A stretch of 64,000 nt of DNA, taken from the IMG/VR virus record IMGVR_UViG_3300020380_000001, positions 1 through 64,000 of that record; one strand, 5' to 3'. Within the stretch, counting starts at the first letter, position 1. Each line of letters begins with the position of its first letter. Positions 9,439 through 20,400 of this stretch are shown here, piece after piece. Below the pieces are notes generated by a model. That model worked only from the letters and a program-made list of their open reading frames with translations, was not told where the DNA came from and ran no database searches. The translations under genes and the position numbers were made by a program.

Positions 9439-10074
9439 ATGATGAATAAGCTGTATGAATATATGGGACCTGAACGTTCGCAAATTCGAATTACCGAAGG
9501 CGCAGACGATAATGGTCGTGCTTTTTATATGGAAGGCATCTTCATACAAGCTGACGTTCGAAATCATAACCAGCGCGTTTATCCAATGGACGAAATCAGC
9601 GGCGCCGTTGCTCAACTTAAAGAGCGTATGGAACGCGGAGAATCAGTCCTAGGTGAGCTGGATCATCCCGATGAACTAACAATTAACTTGGATCGTGTTA
9701 GTCATGTTATCACCGACATTTACATGAAAGGCAATAACGGAATTGGCAAACTTAAAGTGATCGAGAATACCCCGTGTGGTAAAATCGTTCATGGCTTGCT
9801 TAGTTCTAATGTTCGTCTTGGTGTGAGTTCGCGCGGTTCTGGTAACGTAGACAACCAGGGCTATGTAAGTGACTTTGAAATCGTAACGGTTGATATAGTT
9901 GCCCAACCTTCTGCCCCGGAAGCATATCCGCAAACAATTTATGAGAGTCTTTTTAACATGCGCGGTGGCGCTGGAATTTATGAAGCTGCTGCGCAAGCTG
10001 CGCACGGTGACAAAGTTGCAGATAAACACCTACCGTCAATGCTAATGGCACTCATAAAAGAGTTAAAACCTTAA
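9439..10074 (+). CDS. gp21: prohead core protease (T4 gp21-like)
   Basis: GIFIQADVRNHNQRVYP, GELDHP, LGVSSRGSG, DIVAQPSAPEA motifs. Confidence 0.95.
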   Translation: MMNKLYEYMGPERSQIRITEGADDNGRAFYMEGIFIQADVRNHNQRVYPMDEISGAVAQLKERMERGESVLGELDHPDELTINLDRVSHVITDIYMKGNNGIGKLKVIENTPCGKIVHGLLSSNVRLGVSSRGSGNVDNQGYVSDFEIVTVDIVAQPSAPEAYPQTIYESLFNMRGGAGIYEAAAQAAHGDKVADKHLPSMLMALIKELKP

Positions 10075-10088
10075 AAGGAGAAAGCCGA

Positions 10089-11204
10089 ATGAGTGTTAAC
10101 AAAGTTTTAAAAAATGCTCAACTAAGTGAGTCTGATCGTAACATGGTTCAAGAAGCATGGGACAAACAGATCGCTGAGGCTCGTAGTTCAATTGGTGCTG
10201 AGCTTCGTCGTGAGTTTGCTCAAAAGTATGAGCACGACAAGTCAACTATCGCAGAAGCTGCTGAAAAATTCGTAAGCGATCAATTACGTGAGTCTATGAC
10301 CCGTATCGCTAATTACGAAAAAGAGCTTAGCGAAGCCAAGGCGAAGTTGCATAAACAGAATGCTAAGCAATTAAAAGCTATGCAGGAATTTGTGCTTCGT
10401 AAGCTTAAAGGCGAAGTTGGCGAGTTGCATGAAGATCGTAAACGTATGAACGAATCAGTTAAGAAAGCGAATAAATTCATTAAAGAGTCTATCGCTAATG
10501 AGTTAACTGAGTTCGCTCAAGATAAGAAAGCACTTAATGAACAGCGCGTCGCGTTGATCAACGAAGGCCGCGCTAAGTTGCGCGAAGCCAAAGCGAAATT
10601 TATCGCTCGTGCGAGTAGCAAGACATCTGAACTAGTAGAGTCAACTCTACGTTCGGAATTGACTGCTCTTCGCCAAGACATTGCCGAAGCTCGTGAAAAC
10701 AAGTTCGGTAGAAAAATATTCGAGGCATTTGCATCAGAATTTGGTGGCTCTCTACTTGTAGAAGGCACTGAGCTGGGCACTGCTAAGAAGGCAAACGCCA
10801 AGGCATCTCAAGCGATTAAAAAACTGTCTGAAGCACAAAACAAGCTTAAGGCGGAATTAGAAGTCACTAAAGATAACCTGGCTCGCACCCGCAAGATGAA
10901 CGAGATGTTATCTCCGCTTAGCGGGCGACAACAATCGGTGATGGAAGGTTTGTTAGAGAGTGTTCAGACTAAAGATCTGGACAAAGCTTTCAAGCGATAT
11001 CTACCAACTGTATTGGGCGAACAACAACAAAAACCGTCAGAAGGACGTTCTAAACTGTCTGAACGCAGAAACCGCAAGTCTACTTTGAGTGCCAGAGATG
11101 GCCGTCGTAGAGGTGCTGAATCTCGTCGGAAGCAAGTAAACGAATCGAATGATGACGTAGAATTGAAAGAGATTACACGACTAGCTGGTATCAGCAAAGT
11201 TTAA
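10089..11204 (+). CDS. gp22: major prohead scaffolding protein (T4 gp22-like)
   Basis: Coiled-coil, Glu/Lys/Ala-rich, located between protease and major capsid gene. Confidence 0.8.
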   Translation: MSVNKVLKNAQLSESDRNMVQEAWDKQIAEARSSIGAELRREFAQKYEHDKSTIAEAAEKFVSDQLRESMTRIANYEKELSEAKAKLHKQNAKQLKAMQEFVLRKLKGEVGELHEDRKRMNESVKKANKFIKESIANELTEFAQDKKALNEQRVALINEGRAKLREAKAKFIARASSKTSELVESTLRSELTALRQDIAEARENKFGRKIFEAFASEFGGSLLVEGTELGTAKKANAKASQAIKKLSEAQNKLKAELEVTKDNLARTRKMNEMLSPLSGRQQSVMEGLLESVQTKDLDKAFKRYLPTVLGEQQQKPSEGRSKLSERRNRKSTLSARDGRRRGAESRRKQVNESNDDVELKEITRLAGISKV

Positions 11205-11241
11205 GTCTCTACACTAATTAAGAATAATCAAGGAGAATAAG

Positions 11242-12426
11242 ATGAGTAAGGTTCTTAATGAGAATTGGGGAGTTACCAAGAACGCTTTGCTGGAAGGCCT
11301 TCAGGGTTCTGTTCGCAAGACTACTGATGTAGTACTGGAAAATGCTCGAAAGCAAGCGCTTAGAGAAAGTGCCACAAGTGGTTCAACCGGTACTGGTAAT
11401 ATCGCCACTGTTAACAAAATTATGCTTCCGTTGCTACGCCGCGTTATGCCTAGCACGATTGCAAATGAAATCATGGGTGTTCAGCCTATGACTGGTCCAG
11501 TAGGCCAAATCCATACTCTACGTGTAAACTACGCAGAAGACGGTGCTGGTTTTAAAGCTGGACAAGAAGCGTTTAACCCGTTTGACATCGCGAAAGCGTA
11601 CTCAGGTAACAACGTAGCGAACTCGTCTACGTCACCACTACCTGGTCCAAGTTCAACTGCCTCTATGGAAGGTGAACCTGGTCGCCGTATGTCTGTAAAC
11701 ATCTTGAAAGAGACTGTTGAAGTTAAATCTCGTAAGCTATCTGCGAGCTGGACTTTCGAAGCTGCACAAGATGCTGAAGCTGTTCATGGCATCGACATCG
11801 AAGCAGAAATCATGGAAGCTATTGCGCAAGAAATCACAGTTGAAATCGACCAAGAACTACTTGGCCGCTTACGCAACCTAGCTGGCGCACCTGCACAGAG
11901 CTACGATCAGAACGCTGTTTCTGGTACTGCTACATTCGTAGGTGACGAGCACGCTGCTCTTGCAACTATGATGAACCTTGAAAGTAACTTGATCTCACAA
12001 CGTACACGTCGTGGTGTTGCTAACTTTGCGGTAGTAAGCCCTGTGGCACTAACTATCCTACAGTCTGCGACTACTTCTGCGTTCGCACGTACTACTGAAG
12101 GCAAGTTCGATGCACCTCTTAACACTAAGTTAGTTGGTACTCTGAACAACGCTATGAAGATCTACGTAGATCAGTTTGCGTCTTCTGACGAAGCTGTATT
12201 ACTAGGTTATAAAGGCAACGAGACTGACGCTGGTGCGTTCTACTGTCCTTATATCCCGCTTCAATCAGTTGGTCCAATCATTGATCCTACTACTTTCCAA
12301 CCAGTAGTAAGCTTCATGACTCGTTACGGATACTGTGAGCTGACTAACACAGCTAACTCTTTCGGTAACGCAGGCGACTACTACAGCCGTATCGGTATCA
12401 ACACTTCTAACTTATCATTCTTCTAA
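11242..12426 (+). CDS. gp23: major capsid protein (T4 gp23-like)
   Basis: MGVQPMTGPVGQI, KSRKLSASWTFEAAQD, EITVEIDQE, AGAFYCPYIPL, FMTRYG motifs. Confidence 0.95.
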   Translation: MSKVLNENWGVTKNALLEGLQGSVRKTTDVVLENARKQALRESATSGSTGTGNIATVNKIMLPLLRRVMPSTIANEIMGVQPMTGPVGQIHTLRVNYAEDGAGFKAGQEAFNPFDIAKAYSGNNVANSSTSPLPGPSSTASMEGEPGRRMSVNILKETVEVKSRKLSASWTFEAAQDAEAVHGIDIEAEIMEAIAQEITVEIDQELLGRLRNLAGAPAQSYDQNAVSGTATFVGDEHAALATMMNLESNLISQRTRRGVANFAVVSPVALTILQSATTSAFARTTEGKFDAPLNTKLVGTLNNAMKIYVDQFASSDEAVLLGYKGNETDAGAFYCPYIPLQSVGPIIDPTTFQPVVSFMTRYGYCELTNTANSFGNAGDYYSRIGINTSNLSFF

Positions 12427-12444
12427 GAGTGATTTGTTGAAATT

Positions 12445-12471
12445 AAAAAGCCGCTTTCGAGCGGCTTTTTT
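12445..12471 (+). terminator. terminator after the major capsid gene
   Basis: AAAAAGCCGCT-TTCG-AGCGGCTTTTTT. Confidence 0.9.
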
Positions 12472-12518
12472 GTTGCTTGGAATTCTGTTAGTATATAAAT
12501 AACTATAAAGGAGGACGT

Positions 12519-12569
12519 ATGAAAATCGTAGAAGATAGAAAACTAGGAAACCCAGTCAGAGAACCGTAA
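12519..12569 (+). CDS. 16-aa peptide MKIVEDRKLGNPVREP (not in ORF track)
   Basis: TATAAATA at 12494-12501 and a strong AAGGAGG RBS 5 nt before the ATG. Confidence 0.5.
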   Translation: MKIVEDRKLGNPVREP

Positions 12570-12603
12570 AGAATTTTCTTGCGGTAATATAAATTGTGCT
12601 GTA

Positions 12604-12981
12604 TTGTGTGTAACACCTGAAAACTATACATGGATTATTACAATGCAGCCTTATGTATATTATGGCTACGGTATTAAACTAAGTGAAGTTACTGAAGAAG
12701 AGTTTGACCAAATAGAAGAGGATGACTTTTTTCAAATTACTTGGTTTAGTGACACTTGCCGTGAGCAAGAATACGGCATTGCATTTATAGACAATGCATA
12801 TCACTCACCATGGGACGAAGACACTACTGAAGATCCTTCCCTGTCTTATGCGGTGGATACTGGTGAAATTGACTCAGCGCGTATGAAGTATTTGCCGGAG
12901 TTACAAAAAGTTCTTGACCATCCGATGGTCAAAAAGTATAATAAGCAGATTAAATTTTACGTTTGTTGTACTGAAGTTTAA
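12604..12981 (+). CDS. hypothetical acidic protein (start probably ATG ~12643)
   Basis: ORF with phage-like composition. Confidence 0.65.
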   Translation: MCVTPENYTWIITMQPYVYYGYGIKLSEVTEEEFDQIEEDDFFQITWFSDTCREQEYGIAFIDNAYHSPWDEDTTEDPSLSYAVDTGEIDSARMKYLPELQKVLDHPMVKKYNKQIKFYVCCTEV

Positions 12982-12991
12982 CAGTAAACGT

Positions 12992-13062
12992 GGCCCTGAT
13001 TTGGCATAAGTAGCCGGTCTCTAAAACCGCGAAAGTGGGTTCGAATCCCGCCGGGGTCACCA
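12992..13062 (+). tRNA. atypical tRNA with CUA anticodon (amber suppressor / Pyl-like)
   Basis: Acceptor GGCCCTG/CGGGGTC + A + encoded CCA; anticodon arm CGGT-CTCTAAA-ACCG; T-arm GTGGG-TTCGAAT-CCCGC; short D-arm, no U8. Confidence 0.85.
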
Positions 13063-13084
13063 ACCTAATTTACAAGGATATATA

Positions 13085-13213
13085 ATGGTAATTCCTGTTG
13101 TCAATATTTATGTCAACAACTCGTCGTTCATATGCTCGTTTGGCGGACTCTGTCAATATACGACATCATCTGGCGGCTGTCATTACCCTGGTCCATGCAA
13201 GTTTAAAGTATAA
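13085..13213 (+). CDS. 42-aa Cys-rich peptide (not in ORF track)
   Basis: AAGGA RBS; MVIPVVNIYVNNSSFICSFGGLCQYTTSSGGCHYPGPCKFKV. Confidence 0.55.
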   Translation: MVIPVVNIYVNNSSFICSFGGLCQYTTSSGGCHYPGPCKFKV

Positions 13214-13228
13214 TTAAGGAGAAACGTC

Positions 13229-13606
13229 ATGCGTTAGAACACTCAAAAACCATCACTTAAAATGTGGCGCTGGGGCAACGATAAGTTCGCCACCGGCTAT
13301 AAAATATTCACTCTATTCCATTCTAAAACACTCGGTATCGACTTGTATCTATTCAGGTATCCCGAGGGTTCATTCATTCCTAAACATAAAGATCCTAAAA
13401 CAAACGGTCCTACTACTCGTATAAACTTAGAACTCCGTAAAGCTCAGCAAGGCGGTGTTTTCAAGTGTAAGCGTAAATGGTCGTTGTTTGATAGATTGCA
13501 CGTCTTTAGAGCAGATAGAGACTATCACTCTGTGTCTAAAATAGAGAAAGGCTCTCGATGGGTTCTGTCTTTGGGGATAGCAAACGTGTTCAAAAAACCA
13601 CAGTAA
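13229..13606 (+). CDS. 2OG-Fe(II) oxygenase-like protein; strong-RBS start at 13229 has an in-frame TAG at codon 3 (track start 13262)
   Basis: HKD...H...R motif (IPKHKDP, YHSVSKI, SRWVL); TAAGGAG 7 nt before ATG-CGT-TAG, in frame with ATG 13262. Confidence 0.75.
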
Positions 13607-13710
13607 TAAAAAGGTACCTTATTCAATATAAATGTCCAGTAATTATGTAGGTTGCGCAGCTTTTGGATGAAAGATTGCTAAATAGACATATATAAAGAAT
13701 AAGGTACCCT

Positions 13711-14361
13711 TTGATGAGATTCCAAGATATTAAAGAAGCCCGTAGAACTGGAGACGGTATTTCTTATAAAGAGAAAAAAGTAAAGGGTGAGCTGGACCGT
13801 GTTATAGCCGAATTGAGCGGTAAAGAATCACAAATGTTCACCGTTGCTGCTAAATACTATCGTAAGATAGCTCAAGAAGAAGAAAAAATTAAAAGAGCAC
13901 GCGATGCTCTAAATGAAAAAATGAAGCAACGGTTCGATACGCTTTTTGATCCAACGGATGTGATCTATACTCGTGTAATCGAAACGGCTAGCTTAACTGT
14001 TTCAATGAGTAAGAAGTCTGAAAAAACCACCCAAACGGTGACAGACGTAGACGGCTTATTCGAAGACCTATTAGGCCTTGCTCCTGAATTAGCTGACAAA
14101 ATCGGTCAGTTACGGGAGCAATACGTGAAAGTTGAGAACAAAGTTACTCAGTCACGTTTAGGCAAACCGAAGTTACACGATCCCAAGGAATCGGTTGACA
14201 ACGGCGAAAGTGCACTCGCGGAAGGAGTGCTTGATAGTATCGTCGACTCTATCAAAGCTTACGCTATTAAACTGATGAATTGGATTAGTGACTGGGCGCG
14301 GGGGTACGACCGCAAGCTTGATTCAATCAAGTCTAGAGCACAGGCCGTCGGAATCCTGTAA
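13711..14361 (+). CDS. late hypothetical protein, possible head-internal protein
   Basis: CTAAATA at 13678; N-terminus MRFQDIKE resembles the T4 capsid-targeting sequence. Confidence 0.75.
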   Translation: MMRFQDIKEARRTGDGISYKEKKVKGELDRVIAELSGKESQMFTVAAKYYRKIAQEEEKIKRARDALNEKMKQRFDTLFDPTDVIYTRVIETASLTVSMSKKSEKTTQTVTDVDGLFEDLLGLAPELADKIGQLREQYVKVENKVTQSRLGKPKLHDPKESVDNGESALAEGVLDSIVDSIKAYAIKLMNWISDWARGYDRKLDSIKSRAQAVGIL

Positions 14362-14393
14362 CGTACCGAATTTACTCTAATCGGTAATATTTA

Positions 14394-14415
14394 GGCCCCC
14401 TTGTGGGGCCTTTCC
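14394..14415 (+). terminator. terminator-like hairpin
   Basis: AGGCCCC-TTGT-GGGGCCT-TT. Confidence 0.6.
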
Positions 14416-14479
14416 GTATCACTTTTCCAGCCTCGCCTAAACTAAATACTATGAAAATATATCAGGGAATGAATAACTA

Positions 14480-17400
14480 ATGTCCTATGAATTTAATATC
14501 AATGGCGGCACTCGTTTTGTACTAACTAACGGTGAGTCATCAGGGATTGAAAACATTCGGTTAGAAGGGTCTGTTATTATAACAGAAGACTTAACTGTGC
14601 TAGGCAATAACACAGTTTTGGAAACATCAACCGTAACAATTGAAGATACAATTATCACTATAGGGCGCGGCACTGCTGAGCTAGACCCAAGTGATGCGTT
14701 TTTGTCTGGCGGCTTGATTGTAGAAAGACCGGCAGGTGAGAATCACAAAGGACTTTGGTACACACCTTCGGCGGGTAGCTTTATATTCGGCGAAACAGTA
14801 ACAGACAGTGAAGACCAAATTACTGAACTAAGCCCGGACGCCTACACTGACGTTTCTATGGGCCATTTAACTGTGCATTATAACGCTGACGGCGCTGCTG
14901 ATGCATATATTGGCGACCCGTCGTCTAAGTTTACTTCGTCAGGCACAGTACAGTTTGGTAAGCTTTCTAACGCTGAGTCAACGAACGTACAAGGCGAAAA
15001 CGCGTCTTTTGACAATCCCAAAGACGTCCGTGTTAAAACGGGCGGGGCTGTGCGTGAAGAAGTTCGCGTAGAAGACTCTAGCTTTGGTGAATGGCGCGTT
15101 CGTACATCGTCACTCGTAGGCGCAGCTGGCTCAGAAATCGTTTATGATCAAGACCTTTACATGGGCAACGGCGAGTTCACTTACAACGGTGACACCGTAC
15201 TTACTATGGGTTCTGGCGACTATGTTGTTTCTATTAATGACTTGCAAGGCGTAGTTGAGTTTAGGTTATTTGACTTACTAGATGTCGAAGGCGATCACCA
15301 AGAGTTTACGGGCGCGCCAAGGGAAGACGGCAAGTACTTGAAATTCAACGCTAGTGAAGGTGTATGGCTACCGTCCTTTATTACGCAAATAAACGAGATT
15401 GAAAACGTTAACGCTAGTGAAATTGAAGGCCATGTGTTGCAATATCGTCTAGACTCAGCAGACGGCGTGTATCGTTGGATGGAGTCTACAGTCGCTATGC
15501 CTGAGAAACTATTCCAGTTATTGGATGTAGACATGGCAACTGAGACAGTAGCAGAACCCGGCCAGTCTCTTATATGGTTTGAAGAAGACGAAGTATCCGG
15601 TGCAGGCTTCTGGCGTCCGTCATTTATCCCTAGTATACATTCAATCTTGGATGTAGAAAGCTCGCTACCAGACGCTGGAGACGAGGGTAAAGCCTTAATC
15701 TGGAATAACACAACAGGCAAGTGGGTTTTAAGCGCTACGAGCTTTGTAGAGGTGTTAGACGACCTTGCTGACGTTAACGGAGTACTTAACCTTGACGATA
15801 AGGCGTTTCTTAAGTATGACTTGGACAATTCGCAATGGGTGCCTGGATTTGTAGACGACATTGGTGAAATTACTAATGTTAGGGAAATGACAAACGGTGC
15901 TACCCAAGACAACAAGATTCTTAAGTACAACTTCAGTGACCAAGTCTGGGAAGCCGGTATAATTGACGACTTAGCTGAAATCGGTAACGTTGATATTGCT
16001 GATTACGGCACAGTAGAAGAAGGCCATACAATAAAGTGGGACGTGGTAAACGCTCGCTGGGTTACTGGACCTGCATTGTCTACGTTATTTGATGTAACTG
16101 ATGTAAAAGAAACTGAAGGCTCCATGGCCGAAGGACGCTTCCTTGTATGGCGCGCAAACGGTGCAGATGGTCCTGGTTGGTATCAGTCTGACATGGGCCA
16201 AGTGCAAGTTCTGGATGATTTGAATGACGTTATTATCGCTCAAGGCGACTTGTCTGACGGAAAAGTCCTGCGATACAATAGTTCTTTATCCCAGTGGGAA
16301 CCGGGTATAATACAGCAAATTACTGAGATCGGCGATGTTACTATTGACTATGATTCGCAGTCAATTAACGGCATTAAAGATCAACACGTATTGAAGTGGA
16401 ACGGTAGTCGCTTTGTAAATGGATTTGTTAGTAAAATTTCAGACATTGAAAATGTTGACGCAGTTGACAACCCGACTGACGGTGACTTCTTACGTTATGT
16501 CGAGAGTACAGGACGCTGGTCTAACAGTCCGATCAACTCAATCGACGAAATAGTAAACGTTGAATTAGGCGGAATCGCTGACGGCAAAGTACTGGAGTGG
16601 GATTCGTCTGCGAACAGCGGGCAAGGTGCGTTCGTCCCTAGTGCAGGAACCCGTGTCGAGTATTTCGGTGATTTAATTGATGTCACTGTCCCGGAAGACC
16701 CTACCCAAATAACTGTTGGTTCTGCACTACGTTTTAACGGTAGTAAGTGGACACCGTACGATTATTCATTCCCGGAGGCTATCGGTGATATGAATAATGT
16801 TATTATCACTGGCCCTACTACTGGTGATGCTCTTTTATTCAACGGCACTGACTGGGTAAACGGCAACATACCTCATCCTACTCGCTTAGAACAGCTACGC
16901 GATGACGTTGATTTAAACACTCCGCTCAATGGCGAAGTGCTAATGTACGATGGTACTAATTGGATTAACTCGACGGCAGTTGTGGTTGATGTGTTAAACG
17001 ACTTAGATGACGTTGAACTAACTGCGCTAAGTGATGATCAGTTCTTGCGTTATGACATTGCCGAAGCGCGATGGAAAAACCAGTCTGTAAAAATTCCTGT
17101 TAACATATTAGATCTTGAAGACGTTAATCCTAACTACAGATTACCGGACGATAACCCTAATTACGAAGAACCCCAAAACGGTGAAGTACTTCGATTTAAC
17201 GGTGTATTTTGGCAAGGCGTAACACTGCCTGTTTACGATCAACTAGATGATTTGCTGGATGTGAGTATTAGTGGTGCAGCCGTTGATCACGTGTTGTATT
17301 ACAATGGCGCTGGCTGGCAAAACCGCAAGCTAGACTTCATATCCAATATGGGTGATTTACTTGACGTTAGCGCTGATTCGCCTACTAATGGATCCATATT

Positions 17401-20400
17401 AATTTATGACGGCCCGACCTCTGAATGGGTTGCAAGCAGTGTAGGCGATTTAAACATCGTAATTGACGATTTAGATGATGTCGACACGCTTAGTGTACAA
17501 GCAGGTCACGTGCTAACTGCTGTGCCTGACGGTGACGGTTTCTCATGGACTAACCAAGCCCCGGCTTATAGTACTTTAGGTTCACTAGATGACGTTAATG
17601 ATGGCTCACGCGCACTAGGCAAATACTTGCGTTATGATGGCACTCGCTGGGTTGCTAGTGAGCTAGTTACTAGTGAAATCTTGGACTCGTTGATTGAAGA
17701 GTTATCACTTGATGAGCTAGGCGATGTCACTATAGACAATACCCTTGACACCGGCGACATGCTTGTTCATGTTGAAGGCGTATGGGTTAATCAAAACGTA
17801 GGTGAAGCTTTCGGTCAATATGCAACCATTGGTGACTTAGGTAACGTAACCGCTGATACACCGCTTGCTGGTGACACTATTGTCTATGACGATGTAACTG
17901 GCAAATACGTGTCTGTTAACTTGGTTCAAGTAGTTAAAACTGGTCTAAACCTTGCAGAACTAGCAGGAACTGAAGACGGCGAACAATATGTCTGGGACGC
18001 AACTGGTGCCGAGTGGGTAGTTAAACACTTAGGTGACCCAACAGGCGCACCTGACGCTGGTAAAGTCCTTACTTGGGATGGCACAAAATGGACCACTCAA
18101 GATTTGCCTGAAGACAAGTTCATCAAACTATTGAGTGAATTAGACGACGTTCAAACCGACGATTTGGCTGCCATACAAAACAACCAAATACTACGCTGGA
18201 ATGCTGCTAGTCAGTTCTGGGAAAACGTAGATTGGCCTAGTATTTCACTGCACATGCTTGAAGACGTTAATTTCGTGACACCTGCTGTAAATGATTTAGT
18301 TGTTTACGACGGTACCGAATGGGTTAATTTAGATTTACCGGTAATTGCAGGTAACGTCCTTGAACTGGATAACTTGTCTAACGTAAACGCTTCTGTTCCT
18401 AGCGATCACCAAGTATTAGCGTATAACACCGCTGATGGCGAGTGGCAAAGTACTGATATTGCTACAGTTGCAAATAACAACTTGAATTTGTCTGACTTGG
18501 CAGATGTGTTCGATGGTGTTTCTCCGAGTGGGGAGACAAAATTCTTGGCTTGGGACTTTGACAATTCTCGATGGAGTGTTAGTTCAGTATCGTTAAACGC
18601 TTTCGCAATTAACGAGTTAAGCAACGTTACAATATCGTCGCCGACGTCTGGTGATTTCCTTAGATTTGACGGCGCAGAATGGATAAATGATAGCGTAGTT
18701 ATCCCAACTACATTAGATAGCTTGTTAGATGTTAGTACAACAAATCCGTCAGACGGCGCGTTCTTAACATACGAAGAACAGTCAAATGAATGGGTTGGTA
18801 GAAACTTTCTAATAGTTGAGTCATTAAGTGATTTAACAGACGTTAATACAACTGGTGTACAAGCAGGTGACACACTAATTTACCAAGGCGGCGCATGGGT
18901 TCCTATCCAAGTTCCTCCAGTAACACTTGAGTCACGTGACTTGACTGATGTGTCGGATACGGCTGCTACTGACGGACAAGTTCTATTATGGAACGAATCT
19001 GCAGGGCAATGGGAACCAAACGACATGCCGGATCCGTTTATTCCTGCGGTCTTAAACGACTTAAGTAATGTTAACGTTCCTGCACCGTCCGCTGATGACG
19101 TGCTTGTTTTTGACAGTGTTAGTGGTGAATGGATAGCCGCTGCTTTTAACACGTTAGTTAACATAGAACTCGGCCAGCTTACTAATGTGTCGTTGTCAAA
19201 CGTTTCTGATTCACACGTACTAGCGTATAACTCAGCAACTGGTGATTGGGAGAACGCGACCTTAGGCTCACTAGGTATTGGCGTGAGTGACTTAGGTGAT
19301 GTTTCCGGTACAGCGAATGCCGACAATCGTTTCCTGATTTATAACGACACTACTGGCCAATGGGATATAACTGTATTCCAAACAATTAGTATGATTGAGG
19401 ATGTCAATGCAGCTGGCGCAACAAGCGGTGATGCCCTTGTGTGGAACGGCACCCAATTTGTTCCTGGCTCTCCGGGCAACGTAAATGCCGAATCACTAAA
19501 TGGACAACCTGCGTCTGCATATTTGCGCTCAGATGAAGCTGATGTTGGTGTGGCTCTAGAACTTAGTGACGTAAGACCTCTTGAGTTCTCTAGCACATCA
19601 GAGGTAAGAATTGGCGCTGCCGCAGCACCGCGACTTGGTATATACGCCCCGCGTGTTAGTGTGCTGGCCGATGGTATATCGTTGGATTATAGTCCGCTTG
19701 ACACAGCTGGTGTCAAACTTGTACCCGACACGGCGCCTGCACTCACTGAAGCTGGCTTCATGTGGTGTGATTCAAGTGATAACTCGTTAATGTTTTATAA
19801 CGGTTCTGAACAGCTTAACATTTCAAATATAGCGACTCAGAATTATATCGTTAATGATACTGACGGTGAGCTTACTAGCCTAACTATTACGGCAGCCGAA
19901 GCGAAAATGTATGTAGAGGGTACGACTAACGAGAATACACGTTTCACGTTCTCTGACAAAGCCACAGACAAAGCCGCACTTGTTGACATGGGCGCAAGCA
20001 TACTAACTGATATCGGCGGCACTAACGGTAACGCTGGCGCTCAGACGGTAGCAGTCGCTGGTAAAACAGTGTTGTATAGTGACGCTGGTGATGTATACAG
20101 ACGTAACGGATCCGGTACTGATCGTTTAGCGACTATCTCTGACATTCAGGCTGAAATCATAACAGCTAACGCAAGTTATACGACAGTAAGTGGTGACTCA
20201 GTAGCGCTAAGTGAAGGTAATAGTCTAGTTCGCTATGCTATTCCGGATAATACAACAAGTGTGATGAACATCTCTGGTATTGATCAATTAGAAACTGGTA
20301 ACTCAGTAGTTATAGCGGCAACGGCAAATACTGTTATATCTAATTGGGGTACTAACTCTAGATTGAGAATGGAGGTTACAGGCTTAACGGGCATGTACGT

